Shown piece after piece: positions 1-10,242 of a stretch of 64,000 nt of DNA; position 1 is the stretch's first letter, and each line of letters opens with the position of its first letter. The stretch spans positions 696 to 64,695 of the forward strand of contig JAJYWC010000005.1 in NCBI GenBank assembly GCA_021791695.1, in the 5' to 3' direction. The position numbers were made by a program, and so were the translations under genes. The notes under the pieces were generated by a model, which saw nothing but the letters and a program-made list of their open reading frames with translations, was not told the origin of the DNA and ran no database searches. Source of the DNA: an archaeon (GTDB lineage: Archaea > Thermoproteota > Nitrososphaeria > Nitrososphaerales > Gagatemarchaeaceae).

Positions 1-693
1 GCGGGACCCCGACAGGTCTAATTGCCCGGTCAGGGCCACGTTCCCGTTCAGCGCTTGGTCGAATTCCCAGTCCATCTGCATGTCCTGGGCAAGATCCGTC
101 CATCCGTCGCTGAAGCCTACGTAACCACAGGAGAGACGGACAAAAGGAGTTGTTGCACCCAGTGCGAGCCAAATACCTTCCTTCTCCGCCGCGAAGATTT
201 TTCGGCCAGCGAACTCGATCACATGGGCACTGTTGTCCATCCCACCGCCGCCGAGATGAGGCGCGCAGAGGGCAAAGAGCTTAAGGTGAGACAGAAGCTC
301 CTTCTCTCCCTCCACCCTTGTGTGCTGGAGGATGCAGGGGAGGTGAGGGTCTGCAATTATCTCCTTGTGGATCGCATATGTTCCTAGCGGGTCGGAATTG
401 GTGACGCGATAACCGAGGGCATGGTGGGAAAGCCGTTCGACCTTCGAGAGAAGGTGTCGCTTCTCCTCGTGAAAGAAGCTCTTGCCGTCGGTAATGAGGT
501 ATTCAAGGTCCCGGAGCTGGGGGCGGTCCACGGTCGGGTAGTACGCCTCGGTCAGGGTGCCCCTCCAGAGAGTGAACCAGACTTTGCTATCGGCGGAATA
601 GGCCGTGCCGACTCCTTCCTTGTTCCCTCTTGTCCATCTGGGTTCGATTCCAGGCCATCCGAACGCATCTTTTCCCCCACGCAAAACGTCCAT
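1..693 (-). CDS. Glucoamylase/glucodextranase (GH15), 5' part only; gene runs off the left edge
   Basis: Not in the ORF track. Manual translation from ATG at 693: MDVLRGGKDAFGWPGIEPRWTRGNKEGVGTAYSADSKVWFTLWRGTLTEAYYPTVDRPQLRDLEYLITDGKSFFHEEKR, typical of the glucodextranase/GH15 N-terminal domain. Confidence 0.85.
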   Translation of the reverse strand, partial: MDVLRGGKDAFGWPGIEPRWTRGNKEGVGTAYSADSKVWFTLWRGTLTEAYYPTVDRPQLRDLEYLITDGKSFFHEEKRHLLSKVERLSHHALGYRVTNSDPLGTYAIHKEIIADPHLPCILQHTRVEGEKELLSHLKLFALCAPHLGGGGMDNSAHVIEFAGRKIFAAEKEGIWLALGATTPFVRLSCGYVGFSDGWTDLAQDMQMDWEFDQALNGNVALTGQLDLSGSR

Positions 694-703
694 TCTCTGT
701 CGC

Positions 704-1603
704 CTATCCTTTGCTCCTCGCTCGAAGCCCTGCTTCACCGAGGTAGTGCTTGACTAATCGTACCTCTTCTTTTGAAAGGCGTGGTAGTGGTTCTTTCGCG
801 TCGCCCACAGGAATGCCGATGAGTTTCATGGTCTCCTTCAGACCCGCAGGAAACTTCCCTATTCCGATGGCTTGTATCAGCGGAAGCAATTTGAGCTGGG
901 CGTCCCTCGCTGAATGGAGATCGCCCGAACGATATCCGTCGAATATCTTGGCTGCCAATTTCGGAGCAATGTTGGCCACCCCGATTATTGCTCCGCTCCC
1001 GCCGAACTCCAGGTTGGTGTACGCCATGGCATCGGAGCCTGTGAAGATGGCTATCTTGTCTCCCACATCAGTGATGAATCTCAATAGGTTCAGGAGGTTG
1101 TATTCTGTGTATTTCATGCCAACGATATACTTCTCCTCAGCCAGCGGCCCGACGACCTCCGGAGGGACAAAGACATGAGTCCACTCTGGAATATTGTATA
1201 TCATCAGCGGCAAATCGACTTTCTCCGCGATCAGTCTGAAGTGTTTGTACAGAGCTTCGTTGGTAGTGGTGTAATAGTACGGCGGAGTTGCGATTACTCC
1301 GTCAACGCCTGCGTCCTTGGCGTCAGCCGAGAAGTGTATGATGTTTTCAGTGCTCGGGTCTGAGACGCCTGCGAAGACCGGAACTCGCCCGTTGGCGCGG
1401 TCCACAACTGCATCCACAACTGCCCTCCTTTCCTCGTGTGTGAGCAGTGCAAACTCTCCCGACGTACCCAAGGGGAAGAGCCCGTCTATCCCTCCCTCGA
1501 TCAAAAAGTCCACGAGGGTTCGTATGCCGGCTTTGTCGATGCTTCCGTCCTTCGCAAGAGGCGTCGGCATGGGCGACCATATCCCCTGCAACTTGGACAC
1601 CAA
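704..1603 (-). CDS. DHDPS/NAL-family class I aldolase, probable 2-keto-3-deoxygluconate aldolase
   Basis: GTSGE motif, PPYY, IYNIP, Schiff-base GMKYT; divergent from glucose dehydrogenase. Confidence 0.8.
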   Translation of the reverse strand: MVSKLQGIWSPMPTPLAKDGSIDKAGIRTLVDFLIEGGIDGLFPLGTSGEFALLTHEERRAVVDAVVDRANGRVPVFAGVSDPSTENIIHFSADAKDAGVDGVIATPPYYYTTTNEALYKHFRLIAEKVDLPLMIYNIPEWTHVFVPPEVVGPLAEEKYIVGMKYTEYNLLNLLRFITDVGDKIAIFTGSDAMAYTNLEFGGSGAIIGVANIAPKLAAKIFDGYRSGDLHSARDAQLKLLPLIQAIGIGKFPAGLKETMKLIGIPVGDAKEPLPRLSKEEVRLVKHYLGEAGLRARSKG

Positions 1604-1793
1604 GTTCCACCAGATGTCGCTTTGACTGCCTCCGTTAATAACTTGTCCGCGCAGATGCCCCGGCTATTCGACCGATACACCCTGTGGTTCCCAGATTCTC
1701 CGCAGGCTGACGAAACCGGCCGCCGATGAATCCATGGAATGACTATCATCATATCGAGAAGAGGTTATCTGCTAGCCACACGTGGAGATATTC

Positions 1794-2867
1794 ATGAAAG
1801 CAATTGTTGTCACTCCCGGAAAGCAAAACAGCCTCAGGCTTGAGGACCATGAAGCCCCGGTGCCTCAGAGAGGACAGCTTCTGCTGCGGGTTTTGAAGGT
1901 GGGCATATGCGGGACTGACAGGGACATAATCGCAGGCTTCTATGGTGAAGCCCCCACAGGTTCTAAATTTCTCGTGCTAGGGCACGAGTCGCTTTGTCGA
2001 GTGGCAGAAGTCGGTGGCGGCTCATCGGGTTTCAGGAAAGGGGACCTCGTCGTTCCTACCGTTAGAAGGAACTGTCCCGAAGATTGTATCAACTGCAGGA
2101 GGGGCATGTCGGACATGTGTCTCACCGGGCACTACTTTGAGCACGGAATAAAGGGGCTTCATGGTTTCGCAAGGGAGTTCGCAATCACAGACCACAATTT
2201 CGTGGTAAGGTTGCCCGAGTCCCTCTCAGACCTAGGCATCCTTCTTGAGCCATTAACGATTGTCGAGAAAGGGATAACCCAGGCGTACCTCATGCAGAAG
2301 TCAAGAATGGTCTGGAAGCCCAAGAGCGCTCTGGTATTGGGCGCAGGCCCGGTGGGGCTACTCGCGACAGCGATCCTCCGTCTCAGGGGCCTTGAGGTCC
2401 ACACCGTCGCAACCAGACCGGAGAAGAGCCTCAAGGCAAGGCTGGTCGAGCGGACCGGTGCCAAATACATAAACTCGAAGAAAACTCCTCTCGACACGCT
2501 CGAAGCCCGCTACGACATGGTCCTTGAAGTCACAGGCAACACGTCCGTCGCCCTTGAAGCGCAAAACCTAACATCGTTGAACGGCATCGTCTCTTACCTC
2601 GGGATATACAGACAGGAGCAAGCGACAGAAGATGCCGGGGAGGTGTTCACTAACCTGGTACTTGGCAACAGAGTGTTTTTTGGGTCGGTGAATGCAAACA
2701 AGACTTACTTTCTCGAGGGCGCAAAGGATCTTTCTCGCATCAAGAATGAGTGGCCAGGATTTCTCGAGAAGATTATCACCAGAAGGGAGAAACCCGATAA
2801 CTTCACCGAAGCATACTCGCCTGTCGGCGAAGAAGGAATAAAGACGGTCATCCAATTCGAGGTTTGA
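1794..2867 (+). CDS. gdh: Zn-dependent glucose 1-dehydrogenase (archaeal type)
   Basis: GICGTD, LGHES, VVPTVRR, C-x2-C..C, EHGIKGLHGF, EPL, GAGPVG, GSVNA motifs; ATG at 1794. Confidence 0.9.
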   Translation: MKAIVVTPGKQNSLRLEDHEAPVPQRGQLLLRVLKVGICGTDRDIIAGFYGEAPTGSKFLVLGHESLCRVAEVGGGSSGFRKGDLVVPTVRRNCPEDCINCRRGMSDMCLTGHYFEHGIKGLHGFAREFAITDHNFVVRLPESLSDLGILLEPLTIVEKGITQAYLMQKSRMVWKPKSALVLGAGPVGLLATAILRLRGLEVHTVATRPEKSLKARLVERTGAKYINSKKTPLDTLEARYDMVLEVTGNTSVALEAQNLTSLNGIVSYLGIYRQEQATEDAGEVFTNLVLGNRVFFGSVNANKTYFLEGAKDLSRIKNEWPGFLEKIITRREKPDNFTEAYSPVGEEGIKTVIQFEV

Positions 2868-3005
2868 CCAGATGAGCAGGATACTATCCGATTCCCTGTT
2901 TCGTTCCTAAGAGGAGCGTCCAGCTACCCAGACGGAAAGAAAACAGTCGTCTAGTCTCCAGGAGGTAAGTCCGCTCGAGTTCGCACGTACCCTATGCTCT
3001 GGTCT

Positions 3006-3362
3006 CTACCTTTTATCCGACTCAGCGATCTTCTGTAACTGGCTGACGCGCAAGCTTACGATAGAGCTTATCTTGGTTCTGGCTTCTATGGGTGAAGCGT
3101 TCTTGCGGCGAATGGATGCAACCTGACTCGCCAGCGACTGGTCTCCCAGCAGCTTGAACCAACTTTCGAAATCTCCTCTCTCCAGGTGAAACTTCACCGA
3201 GGTCGGATCGATGCTCCTAACCGAGTCAGCAAATTCTGCCAGGTTCTTTGACGCACTGCCGAGCGGCTCCCCAATCCCTTTGTAGAAATAGAATGCCCTC
3301 TCAGGGGCTACTGTCCTGAGCAGCTTGGTCGCTTCATCTCTCGAGGTCGTCCTGCCGGGCAT
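3006..3362 (-). CDS. Small stand-alone DUF5752-like domain protein
   Basis: AFYFYKGIG..NLAEF..SVKFHLERGDFESW, homologous to the C-terminal domain of the upstream nucleotidyltransferase; ATG at 3362. Confidence 0.75.
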   Translation of the reverse strand: MPGRTTSRDEATKLLRTVAPERAFYFYKGIGEPLGSASKNLAEFADSVRSIDPTSVKFHLERGDFESWFKLLGDQSLASQVASIRRKNASPIEARTKISSIVSLRVSQLQKIAESDKR

Positions 3363-3436
3363 GCACACTGCTTCTGCGCGGTCCGATTTAAGCCTACAAA
3401 AGGCAAGAGATGGTCCGCTTCTCGGATTGTAATCGC

Positions 3437-4858
3437 TCACCGACTCGAGACCTTGTCGGCCCATTCCTTTGTGACTTCGACAAGGTCTCGCCGCAGCTCC
3501 TCCCCGGTCACCGCCCTCCTACGGATAGCCTCCACGCCGTCAGCGAGCTCATCCGAGGCGAGCACTTGCCTGACCCATTTTTCGAAGTCTCTCCTGCTGG
3601 CGTGGAACTCGATCGATCCCATTGGCGCTTTTTCGAGCGCCTGCACAAACTCCTCGATTGATGTCGCCAGGATACCCGTATACTGACCCAATCCTGTGTA
3701 GAAGTAAAAAGCCTTCTCCAAGGGCACTGCCACGATTCCATTCACCCTTGCGTTTGCCTCTATCCGCACGTTGGGCCAGATCCTGCTACCACTGAGAATG
3801 TGGGCTCCTTCTCCGATCACGCATCCGGGTCCGATGATCGATCCCTCAACGGCGACGTTCCGTTGAAGATCTGCTGCCTGTCCGATTACGCTGCCTGAAA
3901 TCGTGCAATCCCTTCCTATGGAGGCTCTCTCCATTATTACGCTTCGATCAAGTGCGGTACCCGACGAGATGCGTGCGCTCCTCTTGATCACACAGTCTTG
4001 CCCGATCTTTGCTTCATCCTCGATCACAACCTCTTTCTCGATGAGCGCCGGTCCGGTGATCAGGACGCTGCGGCCGACGTGCGCGTCCGCGTCGGTTACA
4101 ACCGGATTGCGCAGCCCTGCGTTATCGGCATTATGTGGCGCCTTTCCATTCGTCCCCCCAAGCACCCATCGAGTGCCTCGGAGATACCCGGAAAGGCTCC
4201 CGATGTCAACCCAGAAGGCTTCAGAAACAAACCCTGAGAGTTTCTTGTCGAGCTTGAGAAGGCGCGGAAAGAGGTCCTTCGCGAAGTCCCACTTTTCGCT
4301 TTCTATGTGGTCGAGCGCTTCAGGCTCCAGTATGTAGAAACCGGTACTCGCTAGGTCACTTCTGACTTGTTCCTTGGGAGGCTTCTCCTGGAACTCTGTT
4401 ATCGTACTGTCCGCGTCGATGACAGCTACTCCGAACACCGAAGGATTTTTCACCCTGGTCAGCGCGATCGTAGCATAGGCTCCGTTCCTTCGATGGAGCT
4501 TCAGGGCCTCTGTCAACGGGATCTCGCTCAGCGTGTCCGCCTGGGCGACAAGAAATGTCTCGTCGAGGAGATGTTCGATCAGCTTCAGGCTGCCTGCAGT
4601 CCCGCAGAGGAACTCGTCCGGCTCAACTGCGTAGGTTATTCGCAGCCCTAAATTCGAGCCATCGCCCAAATACTCCATTATCTGATTTCTGAGGTATCCC
4701 GTCACCATTACAATTTCCCTAAATCCCTCTCGAGATAGCTGAGAGAGGACGTAGTGTATTGCGGGTTCAGGACCAAGCGGGATCATTGGTTTAGGACGCG
4801 TAAGAGTTAGCGGTCTCAGTCTAGTCCCCTCGCCGCCAGCCAGAACTACTGCTTTCAT
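3437..4858 (-). CDS. NDP-sugar pyrophosphorylase (nucleotidyltransferase + left-handed beta-helix) with C-terminal DUF5752-like domain
   Basis: LAGGEGTRLRPLT..RPKPM, FQEKP, FWVDIG, hexapeptide repeats, then AFYFYTGLG..SIEFHASRRDFEKW. Confidence 0.88.
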   Translation of the reverse strand: MKAVVLAGGEGTRLRPLTLTRPKPMIPLGPEPAIHYVLSQLSREGFREIVMVTGYLRNQIMEYLGDGSNLGLRITYAVEPDEFLCGTAGSLKLIEHLLDETFLVAQADTLSEIPLTEALKLHRRNGAYATIALTRVKNPSVFGVAVIDADSTITEFQEKPPKEQVRSDLASTGFYILEPEALDHIESEKWDFAKDLFPRLLKLDKKLSGFVSEAFWVDIGSLSGYLRGTRWVLGGTNGKAPHNADNAGLRNPVVTDADAHVGRSVLITGPALIEKEVVIEDEAKIGQDCVIKRSARISSGTALDRSVIMERASIGRDCTISGSVIGQAADLQRNVAVEGSIIGPGCVIGEGAHILSGSRIWPNVRIEANARVNGIVAVPLEKAFYFYTGLGQYTGILATSIEEFVQALEKAPMGSIEFHASRRDFEKWVRQVLASDELADGVEAIRRRAVTGEELRRDLVEVTKEWADKVSSR

Positions 4859-4950
4859 TTCCAAATGCTCTCCGGGTTTTGATTCCCTCGCCCTTATCAC
4901 GAAGATTTAATCATTCCCGAAGGACTTGAAACCGGGTTTCGAATATCAGG

Positions 4951-6804
4951 GTGCCAGCCGATGGCTTAAATGGGAACGCCGTGTTGCAACGCAGTCTGCA
5001 TAGCATGTCATCAATCGAAGCCCGGGAGCAGAGACCGGCTGTGCCAGCAAATGAACACGAGTTAAGAAAGGTGTGGAACCTATCATTTGAATCATCGGAT
5101 GTGGCGCAAGTGGGAGGGTTGGGAGCGGCCGTTGCGACTCTCTCGAAGGCTCTGGCCAAAGACTTGGAGGTCTCATTATTCATGCCAAGTCATGGAAGAC
5201 ATTTTGACGTCCGTTTTCGGGAAAAATTGGGACTCGGCGAAGTGCGCGGGTTCGTAAGCAAGGGCGCGAGGAAAGGAGTTGACGGAAATCTCTACCCGTA
5301 CACAATCGGGATGGAGGGAGGGCGATTCCAAGGTCTCAGATACTTCCTGGCGAAGGGCTTGGACCAGAGCACCAGCCGATGGCTCGATGACTGGCAGATT
5401 TACGACGGAGAGCTATCCTACCAGAAGATGTCCCTGTTCGCTCGAGCCATGAGAGGATATGTCGACTTTCTTCTCAGAGAAGATCCTGAGAGGATACCTG
5501 ACATAGTTCATGCCAACGACTGGCATGTGATACCCGCTGCGGTATCAGTCAAACAGGCCCTCCTGGAGAAGCGGATGAACATCCCTTTGGTCTTCACAAT
5601 TCATCTCTTGAATGACAAGGGTCTCCCGTGGCATTACATGTCCGAGGACTGGTGCGGGATAAAAGATGGACCGCACTTTGTAAACATTGGCGGAGCAAGG
5701 AGATTGGTGACCTATAGGGACGCGTGGTCAGACATGTCGGGTGGCAAGTTCGAAAGGTTCGGGGCGGTGGAAGCTGATTTCGTTGCCAGTGTCAGCAGGT
5801 CCTACCTGCAATCAGACGTACTCCCTTCTTTGGGGTTGAACGTCAGCAGGAAAGCGGGGTTCATCTACAACGGGTGCGATTGGGATGAGGACGATATCCG
5901 GCAAGGCGTGCTCAGAGAACAGGCGCACGGAATGGAAGAACTCGCCGCGAAACCTGAAAGATCCGATCTACGAAGATATCTGCTAGCCAGGGCGCTTGGC
6001 GAGACCGGCACCCCCGTAATCTCGGAGCCCGAACTGTCCCGAGTCGTCGAAGGTCTCTCAGGGTTGGCCGGTATCAGGAAATCCGGAGGCGTGGAACCCT
6101 TCTCCGATGGCGGTGAGCTCGTTCTGATGACAGGAAGGCTTGACAGGCAGAAGGGTGCGGACGTCCTCCTCAGGGCCGTCCCGAAGGTCCTCGAGGTACT
6201 CCCGGCAACCAAATTCCTGTTCTTGTTCGTTCCCTTGGATGGAGAGCTCATCGATTCAACCGTTCGTAGAGCGGCCGAGTATGAGAAGAACGTTCGGGTC
6301 GTCCTGGGGCGAGTTCCTCAGATCTATGGCCTCGCTCACATCTGTGCCGATGTCTATGCAATGCCATCAAGGTGGGAGCCGTTTGGAATTGCCGCCCTCG
6401 AGGCTATGGTCACCGGCAACCCGGTAGTGGGTACGAGAGTTGGAGGAATAATGGAGACGGTGCTCGACGTACTCGACGACCGTGAGAAGGGCACTGGGCG
6501 TTTGGTAATGTCCGAGGACTACCGCGAGCTTGCGCGAGGCCTAACCTGCTTCATTGCGATGATGAAGATCGATGAAGACGTGAGAAGAGGCCAGCGCCAG
6601 AACGTGCCACGCTTGCTCGACATCATTCCCTACGACGACGTCAGAGAACTCGTCGCACTCAATCAGAGTACCGGTTCAGTGATTCGCAGGAACTGTAGGA
6701 TGAGAGTCGAAAGGCACTTTAGACCCAAAAATGCGGCTCAAATGGCAATCAAAGCGTATGAGAAGGCTTTCATCGTATCCGCCTCCAGAAACGAGTCATC
6801 CTGA
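4951..6804 (+). CDS. glgA: Glycogen synthase (archaeal type, GT-B fold); true start may be ATG at 5005
   Basis: SFE..QVGGLG, HANDWH, FTIHLL, GRLDRQKG, PSRWEPFGIAALEAM; adjacent to glgB. Confidence 0.85.
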   Translation: MPADGLNGNAVLQRSLHSMSSIEAREQRPAVPANEHELRKVWNLSFESSDVAQVGGLGAAVATLSKALAKDLEVSLFMPSHGRHFDVRFREKLGLGEVRGFVSKGARKGVDGNLYPYTIGMEGGRFQGLRYFLAKGLDQSTSRWLDDWQIYDGELSYQKMSLFARAMRGYVDFLLREDPERIPDIVHANDWHVIPAAVSVKQALLEKRMNIPLVFTIHLLNDKGLPWHYMSEDWCGIKDGPHFVNIGGARRLVTYRDAWSDMSGGKFERFGAVEADFVASVSRSYLQSDVLPSLGLNVSRKAGFIYNGCDWDEDDIRQGVLREQAHGMEELAAKPERSDLRRYLLARALGETGTPVISEPELSRVVEGLSGLAGIRKSGGVEPFSDGGELVLMTGRLDRQKGADVLLRAVPKVLEVLPATKFLFLFVPLDGELIDSTVRRAAEYEKNVRVVLGRVPQIYGLAHICADVYAMPSRWEPFGIAALEAMVTGNPVVGTRVGGIMETVLDVLDDREKGTGRLVMSEDYRELARGLTCFIAMMKIDEDVRRGQRQNVPRLLDIIPYDDVRELVALNQSTGSVIRRNCRMRVERHFRPKNAAQMAIKAYEKAFIVSASRNESS

Positions 6805-6931
6805 CCAGGGTGCACCGCGCATCGCTAGGGGCGTGCGCCAAGTTGCCTCACTGTCGTTCCATTGGTGGTTTGACTCCAAGGTTACAGGGTTTTGTTACAA
6901 TGACGATGCCCGCAGCTGGTGCATTGGGTGA

Positions 6932-8848
6932 ATGATAATGCAGAACGTCGAACACGATTACTCCCTCTTGACGGATTACGATGTTCAACTCTTCCGCGAG
7001 GGTAGACACCATCGACTCTACGAGAAATTGGGCGCACACTCCATCGATGATGCCGACAGGTTTGGGACCTACTTCGCGTTGTGGGCTCCGAATGCGCGAA
7101 GCGTTTCTGTCATAGGAGATTACAATTCATGGAAGAAGGATTCACATCCTCTCGGTAGGCGCTGGGACGGATCGGGTATTTGGGAAGGATTCATCCCAGA
7201 TGTAGGTGCAGGCGAACTCTACAAATATTATGTAACTTCGAAATCAGGTCGAGGGACCGACAAAGGGGACCCCTTCGCCTCCAGATGGGAGATACCTCCG
7301 AAGACGGCCTCGATCGTCTGGGATTTGGATTATAGCTGGGGCGATTCGCAATGGATGCGAGAGAGGCGGAAACACAACGCTCTTGCATCTCCAATAAGCG
7401 TGTACGAAGTTCATCTTGGATCGTGGAGAAGGGTCCCCGAGGAAGGAGATCGATGCCTCACCTACCGGGACGTAGCTTCGTACCTTCCGGGTTACGCGAG
7501 CGATATGGGTTTCACTCACGTGGAGTTCCTACCACTGATGGAACATCCATTCTACGGGTCCTGGGGCTATCAAACGACCGGCTACTTTGCTCCCACCAGC
7601 AGGTATGGCTCGCCCCAGGACCTGATGTTCCTAATCGATGAACTTCATCGAAGAGGGATAGGGGTGCTGCTTGACTGGGTGCCTTCGCACTTTCCGTCCG
7701 ATGAGCACGGACTGACATTCTTCGACGGTACGCATCTCTTCGAGCACGAGGACCCGAGGAAGGGGTTCCACCCGCACTGGCGGAGCTGCATCTTCAACTA
7801 CGGAAGGCGCGAGGTGAGGTCATTTCTCATGAGCAGTGCGCTCTTCTGGCTCGACAAGTTTCACGCCGACGGACTACGAGCTGATGGAGTCGCCTCAATG
7901 CTCTACTTGGACTATGGTCGAGAGAATGGCGAGTGGATCCCGAATGAAAATGGCGGGAAAGAGAATCTTGAGGCGACGTCATTCCTGAAAGAACTCAACG
8001 AGACTGTATACAGGGAGTACCCTGACGTCCAGATGATAGCCGAGGAGTCAACCTCATGGCCGATGGTCTCAAGGCCCACATATGCTGGCGGTCTCGGGTT
8101 CGGGCTGAAATGGGACATGGGGTGGATGCACGACACCCTCGACTACTTTTCCAAAGACCCGGTGCATAGAAAGTACCATCGAGACCAGCTTACATTCAGC
8201 ATGTGGTACGCGTTCACAGAGAACTTCATCCTCCCTCTCTCGCACGATGAGGTTGTTTACGGGAAGGGGTCGTTGCTCAACAAGATGCCAGGAGATGTGT
8301 GGCAGAAGTTCGCAAACCTTCGACTGCTGCTGGCGTACCAACTCTCGCATCCTGGAAAGAAGCTTCTCTTCATGGGGGATGAGTTCGCGCAGTGGAACGA
8401 ATGGCATCACGGAGTCAGCCTTGATTGGAACCTTCTTCACTCCCCTGCACATGCGGGCGTCCAGCGCTTGGTCAAGGATCTGAACGGCCTCTACAGGACG
8501 AAGGCCGCTCTACACGAACTTGACTGTGATCCAAGCGGCTTTCAGTGGGTGGACCTGGACGACGTGAATAACAGTGTTGTCAGTTTCATCAGAAGGGGCA
8601 CAGATTCTTCCTCGTTAATCTTGGTCGTCTGCAATCTCACTCCCGTTCCAAGGCACAACTACAGGGTGGGTGTTCCAAAGCCTGGATTCTGGACAGAGAT
8701 TCTAAACTCAGATGCCGCTGAATACGGTGGCAGCGGCGAGGGGAACCTAGGCGGCTGCAGCGCGGAGCCCGTAATATGGCATGGGAGAAATTATTCCCTT
8801 TCGATTACCCTTCCACCGCTGGCCGCGATCTTCTTTGAGGGTTCCTAG
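6932..8848 (+). CDS. glgB: 1,4-alpha-glucan branching enzyme, GH13 bacterial type
   Basis: WAPNA, YEVHLGSW, SWGYQ, DWVPSHF, GLRADGVASMLY, AEESTSW, LSHDEVV. Confidence 0.95.
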   Translation: MIMQNVEHDYSLLTDYDVQLFREGRHHRLYEKLGAHSIDDADRFGTYFALWAPNARSVSVIGDYNSWKKDSHPLGRRWDGSGIWEGFIPDVGAGELYKYYVTSKSGRGTDKGDPFASRWEIPPKTASIVWDLDYSWGDSQWMRERRKHNALASPISVYEVHLGSWRRVPEEGDRCLTYRDVASYLPGYASDMGFTHVEFLPLMEHPFYGSWGYQTTGYFAPTSRYGSPQDLMFLIDELHRRGIGVLLDWVPSHFPSDEHGLTFFDGTHLFEHEDPRKGFHPHWRSCIFNYGRREVRSFLMSSALFWLDKFHADGLRADGVASMLYLDYGRENGEWIPNENGGKENLEATSFLKELNETVYREYPDVQMIAEESTSWPMVSRPTYAGGLGFGLKWDMGWMHDTLDYFSKDPVHRKYHRDQLTFSMWYAFTENFILPLSHDEVVYGKGSLLNKMPGDVWQKFANLRLLLAYQLSHPGKKLLFMGDEFAQWNEWHHGVSLDWNLLHSPAHAGVQRLVKDLNGLYRTKAALHELDCDPSGFQWVDLDDVNNSVVSFIRRGTDSSSLILVVCNLTPVPRHNYRVGVPKPGFWTEILNSDAAEYGGSGEGNLGGCSAEPVIWHGRNYSLSITLPPLAAIFFEGS

Positions 8849-8894
8849 CGATTGCCGCAGAACATCGGTCGACTTCGTTTGTAGTCTTTCAAGA

Positions 8895-9878
8895 TTAACC
8901 CGGCAGTCTGCCATCTTTCGCTTTCTTCTTCTCCTGAAGACCCGAGAATTCGCTCTTGAGGTAGTCTATCACGGGCACTTTGTCGGGGTCGACTCTATTC
9001 TCCCTAGCCAGATAGTATGAGACAAAATCTCCAAGCCAAATCATGTAGAGGATTCTGGTGGGTCTGTTTATCCCCTTCGCAAAGACTTCGGTGTAGTTCG
9101 AACCATCGAGCAACCTCTTTGCAATATCGACGATGTCGTGTATCTGGCGCCTCTCTTCGCTATCCCTCAGCAGAATCACATGGAAATCCTTCATGGCGCT
9201 CCAGGAATTAACCTCGTTATGGAATAGCTCGGTCATGACATCGTACTGGGCCGGTGCCTTGGCGTTCTCGTTCAGTTGCGACTTGAACCGGTGGCAAACG
9301 GAGAGATATTCTGAATATACTAGCGCGAGTTTTCCCGAAAGCCTTGGAGCAATTTTCTCAGCGAGATTCTCGATTTCTTCCCTGGCTGAATCCAACCCAA
9401 CCACATCGATGTCCTCTCTACACCATCCGAATTGGGTGAAGATTTTGAATATCGGGAAGAGCATGAAGGGCAACGCTTCTCTTGGCTGGTATCCTTCTGG
9501 CACGTTGATGTAAGGAACCCCGTATTTCACAAGCATAGTTTTCATCATGCCGCCTGAAGTAAGGCCGATTATCTTGCAACGCCTGGATATGGCCTCGCCC
9601 AGCGCGGAGAGCGTCTCGAAGGTGTTCCCGGAGTAACTTACCGCTATGACGAGCGACTCCTCGCCGGCAAACGCAGGCAGGTCGGGACGTCTGTGAACGA
9701 TAATGGGTTTCGGGACCTGGTCGCCTGTCAAATCCCTCACAATACTGCCCACAACTCCTGAGCCGCCCATCCCAATCACTATGACGTTGCGCGCATCTGC
9801 GTAAGCTGGCGGAATTTCATAATTCTCGACCAAGAGACGTCCAGCTATTTTCATGTATGACCTCATGTGATCTAACAT
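8895..9878 (-). CDS. Bifunctional phosphoglucose/phosphomannose isomerase (SIS domain)
   Basis: GMGGSG, SYSGNTFET, TSGG, QPR, RFKSQLNENAK, ELFHNEV. Confidence 0.9.
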   Translation of the reverse strand: MLDHMRSYMKIAGRLLVENYEIPPAYADARNVIVIGMGGSGVVGSIVRDLTGDQVPKPIIVHRRPDLPAFAGEESLVIAVSYSGNTFETLSALGEAISRRCKIIGLTSGGMMKTMLVKYGVPYINVPEGYQPREALPFMLFPIFKIFTQFGWCREDIDVVGLDSAREEIENLAEKIAPRLSGKLALVYSEYLSVCHRFKSQLNENAKAPAQYDVMTELFHNEVNSWSAMKDFHVILLRDSEERRQIHDIVDIAKRLLDGSNYTEVFAKGINRPTRILYMIWLGDFVSYYLARENRVDPDKVPVIDYLKSEFSGLQEKKKAKDGRLPG

Positions 9879-10242
9879 CTTGCAAACGCAAACGGCTCAT
9901 TCTCCGTTGTCTAAATAGGCTCTCTTAGGAATTAGGAATGCATCGCAAATGGTCGAATCGAGAGAAGCCTTCCAACCAGTACGCCTTCCAGAGAAGCAGA
10001 ACCTACAGGAATTCTGAGACGATTGTTACAATATCGAGACAGGTAGTTCTCCGAAAGAGATCTGAGTGCGTGGGACAGGGCCGTGGGGCTCACTTTCCTA
10101 TTGGACGGGAACAGAAAGTTTTCCCATTTGCTGGTTGCAGAAATAACTTGGGCCCTAACATGCTCATCTGCCCATTGGTGTTAACAGAACATCACGGGTG
10201 TCTGCCGAGCTTCATGCTCTAAAGACGCTCAATTGAGCGCAA

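Noticed and set aside
640..657. GGTTCGATTCC resembling a tRNA T-loop
   Set aside because: It lies inside the glucoamylase coding sequence (antisense of GIEP) and has no cloverleaf around it.
22..753. Plus-strand ORFs 22-387 and 421-753
   Set aside because: Antisense shadows of the GH15 gene on the minus strand.
9938..10222. 94-aa ORF between pgi/pmi and the gltD-like gene
   Set aside because: No recognisable motif or protein-like pattern; treated as intergenic.
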